Shown here piece by piece: positions 17,228 to 23,622 of a DNA stretch of 23,622 nt. The notes beneath the pieces are model-generated. The model searched no databases and was not told where the DNA came from. It worked only from the letters and a program-made list of their open reading frames with translations. A program made the position numbers and the translations under genes. Origin of the DNA: a bacterium (GTDB lineage Bacteria; Zhuqueibacterota; Zhuqueibacteria; Oceanimicrobiales; Oceanimicrobiaceae); assembly GCA_046757525.1 (NCBI GenBank), contig JBHHYI010000054.1:1-23622 (forward strand), in the 5' to 3' direction. The number at the start of each line of letters is the position of its first letter. The stretch's first letter is position 1.

Positions 17228-18394
17228 TCAATACCCGAATGCGTAAGTTTGCCGAATGGTGGTGTCGCCGTACGACTGTTTGATGACGCCAAAATCAGAC
17301 CAACGGCGAATTCTACTCACCACGCACTGCTCTACTTTTCTATTCTTTAGAGTCGATGAAATAATCTCGACCTTTTTGACCGTGCCTTGCGGGGTTATGG
17401 TGATTCGCAAAACCATCTTCCCCTTTAGGTTCGGATTCCTTTTTAGTTGGCGTTCGTAACAGTATTGCATGGAATTGTTGTGCTTCATGATGACACCCTG
17501 AATGTCATCCTGGTTCCGTCCCACGATGCCCTTCTCAGACCCGCCTTCGATTAAAGGCGATTCGTTAACGACAACCAAATCCCCGGACCTTGAAAACGAG
17601 TTCGATTTGGTTGTTCCCAGCCCGGTTAACAAATCATCAATTCCGCCACCACCCGCAGCGGTTCTAGCCCCTTTCACGCCACCATCGCCGTGCCCTGCAC
17701 CTCCCTTTCTTCTTCCTGGAGCTCCACCGGTTTTTATGCCGGACAATTTCGACAAGGCCTGGTCCAGATCCTGGCCGGACTCACCGGTCTGTCCCAGGAT
17801 ATCCTCGACCCCCTCACCGCTGGCTGAACCGCTGGAACTGGTCAACAGAGCGAGGATCCCTTTTGAACTCACAGCAGCAGCGATCTCTTCCCGCGATTTG
17901 CCACGCGGCCTACCACTTCCTCGACCGCGACGGGCCACGTTCGGGCCTTCCTTTTTGGCACCCTCGGCCGGGCTACTCTCCCGCGAGGACGGCCTGGCCC
18001 CTCCGGTTTTTGCGGCGCCTTCGGCTTTGAGAACTTCTTTTTCCTCTTCAGGCTTCTTTTTCAGCAGCTCTAACTGGGCTATGGGTTCTTTCAAATGAAC
18101 TTCTTTCTCCAGTACTTTTTTTGCCATCCTTTGCTGAATCTTTGCGATACTCCTGATCGTCCCTTCTTTTGAAATTGGATTGATAATAAAATAAATCGCA
18201 ATTGCCACGTGTAAAACAATCGAGACGGCCAATACCGAAAGATAGTTCTTGTCAAACCGCTCTACAAAAGATTTTCGGAATTCTTTGGGAAACTCCATTT
18301 CGGTCAAGACAAACACATCCCCGTAAGAATCATTTTCACCACGCGGCACTTTATCGTCGTAGGCAGAATTCGATGTTTTCTCGGTATGGTTCAT
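17228..18394 (-). CDS. TonB/TolA-like energy transducer with an AgmX/PglI-type C-terminal domain (GltG-like)
   Basis: Single TM helix with an SxxxH motif (SIVLH), a charged helical segment, a GILALL motif and a long Gly-rich linker. The C-terminal domain I..VIMKH...MQYCYERQLKRNPNLKGK..LRITI...G.V..V.I..ST..N..VEQCV...IRRW is typical of AgmX/PglI TonB-C domains. Confidence 0.85.
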   Translation of the reverse strand: MNHTEKTSNSAYDDKVPRGENDSYGDVFVLTEMEFPKEFRKSFVERFDKNYLSVLAVSIVLHVAIAIYFIINPISKEGTIRSIAKIQQRMAKKVLEKEVHLKEPIAQLELLKKKPEEEKEVLKAEGAAKTGGARPSSRESSPAEGAKKEGPNVARRGRGSGRPRGKSREEIAAAVSSKGILALLTSSSGSASGEGVEDILGQTGESGQDLDQALSKLSGIKTGGAPGRRKGGAGHGDGGVKGARTAAGGGGIDDLLTGLGTTKSNSFSRSGDLVVVNESPLIEGGSEKGIVGRNQDDIQGVIMKHNNSMQYCYERQLKRNPNLKGKMVLRITITPQGTVKKVEIISSTLKNRKVEQCVVSRIRRWSDFGVIKQSYGDTTIRQTYAFGY

Positions 18395-18462
18395 ATTTAC
18401 ACCTTTGTCCTAAGCGTGCTTAACCAATTGATAGAGATTAAAAATGAACAGCTTACCTATTA

Positions 18463-18969
18463 TTAGTTTGAGCCTACTTTTTCTTTTTTATATACCACCA
18501 AACGCATGTTCGGATACTCTGAAGCCCCGCAGGTTGCCATGACCTTCACCAACTCTTTATAGGCAAGGTTCTTGTCACCCTGAATGGTGACCTTGGCCGA
18601 AAACGGCACACCATACTCCTCTTTCATACGCTTCGCTTCCTTGGCATGGCGCAAGAGTTCTTTCTGCAATGCAGGGATGATGTAGCCTTTCTGCTCGACG
18701 ACCTCTTTTAGGGGCACGACAGGTTTGTGGTTCACCATGACGATTTCTTTGGACACAATCAAATCTAAAGCGGTTTCTGGTGGCGAATCGATGGTAGACT
18801 TCGGTAATGTGAGATACTCTGACGGCTGTATGAGTTGCCCTTGTGTCGAATAGGTTTTCAATAGAAACACTAAAATTATGGTGAACATGTCCATCATGGA
18901 TGTCAAATTCAACCTTGCCGTTCTCGACGTGGTATCATGCTTCTTGATGCGTGAAGGTATGAACGCCAT
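18463..18969 (-). CDS. exbD: ExbD/TolR family stator subunit (AglS-like)
   Basis: TM LNLTSMMDMFTIILVFLLKTYS with conserved Asp27; periplasmic VTIQGDKNLAY..LVKVM.T. Confidence 0.9.
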   Translation of the reverse strand: MAFIPSRIKKHDTTSRTARLNLTSMMDMFTIILVFLLKTYSTQGQLIQPSEYLTLPKSTIDSPPETALDLIVSKEIVMVNHKPVVPLKEVVEQKGYIIPALQKELLRHAKEAKRMKEEYGVPFSAKVTIQGDKNLAYKELVKVMATCGASEYPNMRLVVYKKEKVGSN

Positions 18970-19006
18970 AGATGCTCCAAGAAAAACGGTTCAATATCTC
19001 ATTGAT

Positions 19007-19534
19007 TTAAAGCACACCAGCACTAACGGACACGATTGGAAACAAGCTTAACTCGGTGCCGTCGATGGTAATCGAACGGGAAGCGTCCATGGTGCTGACT
19101 AATTCCTGGTAATTGACCTGAGGTTCGGCCTGAATAATAATCGTGTCTGTATCTTGAAATCGACCCGCAGCTTTTCTCTTGATTTCATAAAGCCTTTCGG
19201 TAAGCAAACTGTAGTCGTATTCGCCGTTGACCTTTGGGATGGATGGTCCGGCATCGGACTTCAGAATGCCGGCCGCACTCGACAGAATAAAACCGTGGTC
19301 GGTAATGGTTATGGCCAAATCCAGTTTTAGTTCAGATTCTTTTGGCTTTTCAATACTTTCAGATTTTGCCCCCACTGCCGGCGGCAAATTCAGTTCGATG
19401 ACGCTGAGCTTAATATATTGGGCCGATGAAAGCAACAGAGGGATGATCACCACCATGAGATTCATGACGGGGGTCAGATTAGGCTCAACGCTCTCCAGTT
19501 TGTGCGTTCTGCGAAAAGATGGTCGGTAAGCCAT
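19007..19534 (-). CDS. exbD: ExbD/TolR family stator subunit (AglQ position) with Asn in place of the TM Asp
   Basis: TM PNLTPVMNLMVVIIPLLLS; periplasmic IIIQAEPQVNYQELVSTMDASR...LFP.V. Confidence 0.88.
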   Translation of the reverse strand: MAYRPSFRRTHKLESVEPNLTPVMNLMVVIIPLLLSSAQYIKLSVIELNLPPAVGAKSESIEKPKESELKLDLAITITDHGFILSSAAGILKSDAGPSIPKVNGEYDYSLLTERLYEIKRKAAGRFQDTDTIIIQAEPQVNYQELVSTMDASRSITIDGTELSLFPIVSVSAGVL

Positions 19535-19536
19535 GA

Positions 19537-20187
19537 CTATCTGTCCCCGGTTATGAGGTTAATCAATTTAACGGTGTGTTCATCGATCTCATCGATGATC
19601 TGAACGGTCTTATTGTGAATGAAGGTGTAAAACAAAATCGCTGGCACGGCCACCATCAGACCCAACAGGGTGGTGTTCATGGCCGTGGAAATGCCGGCTG
19701 CCAGGAAGGCAGATTTTTGAGCCGCGTCGTAGCCCGGTTCCGAAACAGCATTAAACGCCAAAATCAGACCGTAGATGGTACCCATGAGACCGATTAAAGT
19801 CGATACGTTGCCGATCATCGCTAAGAAACCCGTTCGTTCCTGCAGTTTCGGAATGACTTCCAGAGTGCCTTCGTCGACGGAGTTTTGAATAGCCCGGAAA
19901 TCCACCTCTTCGCGTTCAGCAACCTTGCGCAAGCCCGCACTTACCACGCGCGCCAGGGCTTTATCTTTGGCGGCTTCGCAGAGTTCTAACGCCTTGCTAT
20001 ATTCCCCCGCTTTGACCAGTTTGCGAATTTCAGCCATGAATTTGTGGGAATTAATATTGGATTTCACCCAAATATAATAGCCGCGTTCGACCACAATGGC
20101 TACCATAAAGGCAGCGGTGATCAACAACGCCCACATAAACATCCATCCTGCAACCCCTGGTCTGAATTGATCAAATAATTCTGCCAT
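19537..20187 (-). CDS. exbB: MotA/TolQ/ExbB proton-channel family protein (AglR-like)
   Basis: Three TM helices; IVVER, LAMIGNVSTLIGLMGTIYGLILAF.AV and LAAGISTAMNTTLLGLMVAVPA. Strong AAGGAGG SD. Confidence 0.93.
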   Translation of the reverse strand: MAELFDQFRPGVAGWMFMWALLITAAFMVAIVVERGYYIWVKSNINSHKFMAEIRKLVKAGEYSKALELCEAAKDKALARVVSAGLRKVAEREEVDFRAIQNSVDEGTLEVIPKLQERTGFLAMIGNVSTLIGLMGTIYGLILAFNAVSEPGYDAAQKSAFLAAGISTAMNTTLLGLMVAVPAILFYTFIHNKTVQIIDEIDEHTVKLINLITGDR

Positions 20188-20244
20188 GCCTGGTATCCTC
20201 CTTTTTAGAGTATGTCCTTAGAAGTATTGTTATTTAAGGGTTTG

Positions 20245-20274
20245 TGACCATGTTCCATCATGGGACATTAGTCA
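20245..20274. other. Intergenic inverted repeat
   Basis: TGAC-c-ATGTTCCAT-c-ATGGGACAT-ta-GTCA, with no U-tract after it on the coding strand. Confidence 0.45.
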
Positions 20275-20284
20275 AAATATAAAG

Positions 20285-20641
20285 CTATTTCTTGTTTTTG
20301 GCAAGAATTTTTTTGAGTTTTTCGATCTTCTTAACCGACGAGAGTTCGCTTTCTAACAGGATGAGTTTTTCCGGACCCGCTTTTAACTCCTGTTCAAACG
20401 ATCGGTTCACAAACTCGATTTCTTCAAAATCCGGCTTTTCACGCGCAGGCAATATAGAGACATTGGGTTTTTCAATCACGGCCTCTATAAAGATCTCTTC
20501 CAAAACCATTTCTTGCAGCTTACCTTTTTTCACCGTATCAGGTTTCGCCGTGGCTGTGCTGTCCTGGGCTGAAAGACCGCTAAACATAAGCAAGACCAGG
20601 GCCGCGCCCACGACGGAGATTGTCACCAGATGATTGTTCAC
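20285..20641 (-). CDS. Small exported protein, GltF/CglF-like
   Basis: GTG start after GGAG, signal peptide ending LSA|Q, then LEEIFIEAVIEKP.V.IL..R.K..F......RSF...L. This resembles the IEG.I.KP...R...F motif of GltF-like proteins. It lies between the TPR gene and the ExbB-like gene. Confidence 0.65.
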   Translation of the reverse strand: MNNHLVTISVVGAALVLLMFSGLSAQDSTATAKPDTVKKGKLQEMVLEEIFIEAVIEKPNVSILPAREKPDFEEIEFVNRSFEQELKAGPEKLILLESELSSVKKIEKLKKILAKNKK

Positions 20642-20644
20642 CGC

Positions 20645-23622
20645 TTACTCCTTGTTGTTATCTGACCCCTTTTCTTGAAATTCCGTGGTGTCTGGATTTG
20701 CCTTTTCAAAAGACGCATCATATTTTTTTTGCACGTCAAACCAATCGGGCAAGCTCTTGATTTCTAAGTCTGCTTCAAGCCCTCCGGACGATTTGTCGCG
20801 ATCGGTCACTTCGATGGCCAACACGTTGCGCCCTGACCTCAGAAAGGCGCTGACATCGTGTGCCCGAACCGAGACCTCCTGGGTTGAGTCCGCATTGAAC
20901 TGCTCCACATATTCCCCATTGAGGTAAAGTTTGTAGGAATCATCCACAAACAATTGCACTATTCCTGACACCGGAAGCCCGGCCACCTCAAACGACTTTC
21001 TGAAATAAGCCTTGGCAACCCGGTTAGCTTTCGAGGACAAGCTATCTGTTGCGGCCGTGCGAATCGAGTCGGCCGTAGTGCCGTTGGCGGTTTGGAACAC
21101 CAGCCAGATTCTTTTAGAATCGCTCTCACTCAGTTTTTCATACGAGCCTTCTTCCTCGGGCTGGCTCCACAGAGAATCGACGAAGCCAGGGGCAGTCCAA
21201 TCTGCAGAATAATTGCTGGCTGCCAGCCAGGTGGCATTTGTGGTGATGTGTTCGGTGGCTATGGTTAAATCCAAAATGCCTGCGTTTTCTTCAGGATTCA
21301 GACGCACCAGGGCCAAGGTGACTTTACCGACCCAGGAATTCTGAATACTCAGATCCTGACTCGTCTGGTAGCCGTATTGCAAGATTTCCTGCGTGCCATC
21401 TACTAATATGTTATGATTCTCATCAAAGGTAAACGAAGCGTCCTGGTAATCGATGCGATCCGATTCCTCATAGAGTTTTTGATAGTATTGTAACTTGGAT
21501 TGGGACTCGTCGGCCAGGGACTCGGACAGACGGCTGTAATCGGATATGGATTTGAACAGATTCTCTTCGGTAGCAGCCACCTCCGGTTTGTTGATGTCAA
21601 GAGACCTCGCTTTTTCAATCGTTTGCCTGAAGCCTTTGGCGGCTGCCAGCGCATAGGACTTCCCGAATTCCAGAACGTTGGACATTTGGTCGGCCACATC
21701 AAAGGCCGTTTCGTCGCCTGCTTCTATTAGTTTTTCGTAGGTCTTCACAAACTCACCATACTGTGAGGCCGCTTCATGCGCCAGCCTGGTAAATTCGTTG
21801 GGGGTAATGTTGCTGGTCGAAATGATTTTGCCTTTGGAAGATTCAATCCACTGGTTGTCAAGCCCTAAAGCTGCGCCTTCCTCAATGTTGCGCGTGTGAG
21901 CAGCCACGATGTCTTCGATAAGGGGATTGATCACTTTGATCAATACTTGGTTTCGGTAGACCAGGGCTTCCAGGTTTTGGATGCCGGCTGGTGGCGCCGC
22001 GTTTAACAGTTTCTCCACAGAAGCATAGTTTATTTCTGCTATGTCATAAAGCGTCTGCGAAATTTTCTCTCTGCATCGTTTTATCCACTTGTCCGCCACC
22101 ATTAGAGTGGTGTCTTCCACAACAATCTTATCGGATACGGAAGCCAGCGTATCTGGTTGGACGGATTCCCGATATTTATCTGCCAATTGTGTGAGTATTT
22201 TTTCGCTATTTTTGTAGGCGGTGTGCGCTCTTTCGTAGAGTTCGGCTGCAGTTTGATTGATTTCTTTTTGCGCCACCACCCGTTTGGTATCATCCATGGG
22301 TGGAATATCCTGACGGGCCCAGGTCCTTGCGAATTCTTCATAGGCCAGCCCAATTTTGTACGAGGCCTCGTAGAGGCGCACCGTCCCGTAGCCAGCTACT
22401 TTCGTGTAGCTGTCCACAATATCCAACAGCAGCTTCTTCTTTTTTGTCTTGTTTTCGGCCATGGCCGCTGGCGGCAGCTTGAATTCGATGGCGTCAAACT
22501 CATTATACTTCAATTGTGTTGCCAAAAACAGCGCTTCAGCCGCGTAAAAGTCGTTGGTATCGCTGCCGAGTTTTTTCAACTCGTCGTTGCGCAATACAGC
22601 TTTCTCAAATTCTGCTTTAGCTTCGTCGTACAGGTTGTTGGCTCTAAAATATTCACCTCGCCGGTAATAAGCCTCCACCACGCGCGGTGAATTGGGGAAT
22701 TTATTGGCAAACTCAGCATAGATCTCGTTTGCATTGCTAATATCATTGAGCTTGAGATAATAGTTAGCGTTGTTGAACAGCAGATTGTCCGCGTCCTCCG
22801 CAGTGGGAAATCTCTCCACGTAGGTATTGTTGACCCGGATAGCACGTTCCCACTCCTCAATCTGCACATAGGAAACGCTGGCATTGTAAAGCGCCGCCTG
22901 GGCCTTGGCTGAATCCGGCTCCAGCTTGGCAAGCTTCTCGTAATTTATCGCAGCGTTCATATAATCGTCTAATTCCCGGTAATCGAACGCCAGGTTGTTC
23001 AAGGCATTCATGAAATGCTCGGATTGGGGATAACCGTTGAGCAATTGCGTGTAACTTTCCACTGCGCGCCGATATTCCTTTGCATTTTCATATTCCAGCG
23101 CAGAATTGTACAAGGCCAAGTCTGCAAACTCCACATCCGGGGACTCTGCGACCATTCTACGATACTCTTCGGCCGCTTTTAGATACTCCAATGAATCGGC
23201 CAGGTTCTTGGCTTGTAGAAAAATCGACTCCGCCAATCTTCGGTTCGCTTTTTCTGCATATTCCGGACTGATGTCCCGCAAAGTCTTGGCTACAATCTCA
23301 GCGCTTCTGTAGTCGGCCTTACCAAAATAGCTCTCCAAGGTAATATAACGGGCGTAGTCGACCTCCGGGCTATCTGGAAAATGTTTAACCAGGGTTTTGA
23401 AGTATTTGACCGATTCTTTGAACCGATTCCTTTCGTAGTACAAAGCGCCGCCTTTAGCCAATATCTTGGCGGTTTCAGGTTCGTCCGGAAAGAGTTTGAT
23501 GTAGTTGTCCAGGGCGGAAGCTAACCGGGCCTCTTCCGGGGTAAGACTCTTTTCCTGCAATTCCAAGGCCTTGCGCAGACTATCTCTGGAACCCAGGCCT
23601 GCCTTGATTTCCCCAATGTTTA
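20645..23622 (-). CDS. Very large TPR protein, GltD/AgmU-like, with a C-terminal beta-sandwich domain; 5' end outside the window
   Basis: The frame stays open from 23620 (NIGEIKAGLGSRDSLRKAL...). There are many TPR units ending in F/YP.S, and a GltD-like segment AAEALF...FDAIEF...K.KLL....Y.KV..YG...ASYKIG.AYEEFA. The C-terminus has AYFRKSF..VDDSYKLYLNG...LRSGRNVLAIEV. Confidence 0.85.
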   Translation of the reverse strand, partial: NIGEIKAGLGSRDSLRKALELQEKSLTPEEARLASALDNYIKLFPDEPETAKILAKGGALYYERNRFKESVKYFKTLVKHFPDSPEVDYARYITLESYFGKADYRSAEIVAKTLRDISPEYAEKANRRLAESIFLQAKNLADSLEYLKAAEEYRRMVAESPDVEFADLALYNSALEYENAKEYRRAVESYTQLLNGYPQSEHFMNALNNLAFDYRELDDYMNAAINYEKLAKLEPDSAKAQAALYNASVSYVQIEEWERAIRVNNTYVERFPTAEDADNLLFNNANYYLKLNDISNANEIYAEFANKFPNSPRVVEAYYRRGEYFRANNLYDEAKAEFEKAVLRNDELKKLGSDTNDFYAAEALFLATQLKYNEFDAIEFKLPPAAMAENKTKKKKLLLDIVDSYTKVAGYGTVRLYEASYKIGLAYEEFARTWARQDIPPMDDTKRVVAQKEINQTAAELYERAHTAYKNSEKILTQLADKYRESVQPDTLASVSDKIVVEDTTLMVADKWIKRCREKISQTLYDIAEINYASVEKLLNAAPPAGIQNLEALVYRNQVLIKVINPLIEDIVAAHTRNIEEGAALGLDNQWIESSKGKIISTSNITPNEFTRLAHEAASQYGEFVKTYEKLIEAGDETAFDVADQMSNVLEFGKSYALAAAKGFRQTIEKARSLDINKPEVAATEENLFKSISDYSRLSESLADESQSKLQYYQKLYEESDRIDYQDASFTFDENHNILVDGTQEILQYGYQTSQDLSIQNSWVGKVTLALVRLNPEENAGILDLTIATEHITTNATWLAASNYSADWTAPGFVDSLWSQPEEEGSYEKLSESDSKRIWLVFQTANGTTADSIRTAATDSLSSKANRVAKAYFRKSFEVAGLPVSGIVQLFVDDSYKLYLNGEYVEQFNADSTQEVSVRAHDVSAFLRSGRNVLAIEVTDRDKSSGGLEADLEIKSLPDWFDVQKKYDASFEKANPDTTEFQEKGSDNNKE

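Noticed and set aside
17502..18098. 198-aa Pro-rich + strand ORF that looks superficially TonB-like
   Set aside because: The Pro richness is simply the complement of Gly codons in the real minus-strand gene.
23564..23566. TTG 23566 as the start of the TPR gene
   Set aside because: The frame is open to the window edge and no signal peptide follows this codon; the true start lies outside the window.
1..23622. CRISPR arrays, tRNA/rRNA genes, defence or prophage genes
   Set aside because: No regularly spaced repeats, cloverleaf or rRNA-like segments were seen in the short intergenic gaps, and the long ORFs are accounted for by housekeeping or envelope functions.

Overview
Gene-dense bacterial chromosomal window from a diderm; an FCB-superphylum lineage such as KSB1 or Calditrichota is my inference from gene content, not something the sequence proves. 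The + strand carries sppA, a TPR lipoprotein and a predicted outer-membrane beta-barrel protein with a coiled-coil tail. That last gene sits behind a complete-looking sigma54 promoter (two activator-type palindromes, an IHF-like site and a -24/-12 box). The - strand, in transcription order, carries: (1) a cluster resembling the myxobacterial Agl-Glt envelope motor: a 5'-truncated GltD/AgmU-like TPR protein, a GltF/CglF-like small protein, an ExbB/AglR-like subunit, two different ExbD-like subunits (one with Asn at the normally essential TM Asp) and a GltG/TonB-like transducer; (2) aspS; (3) a two-gene unit with strong expression signals, encoding a coiled-coil lipoprotein and a coiled-coil/LysM protein; (4) an operon phoH - pgpH-like HD protein - ybeY - CorC/HlyC-like protein with a degenerate TM domain - unknown membrane protein - GalT homologue with a degenerate active site - glyQS. 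I saw no rRNA, tRNA, CRISPR array or transposase. Family assignments come from motif recognition by eye; no searches were run.
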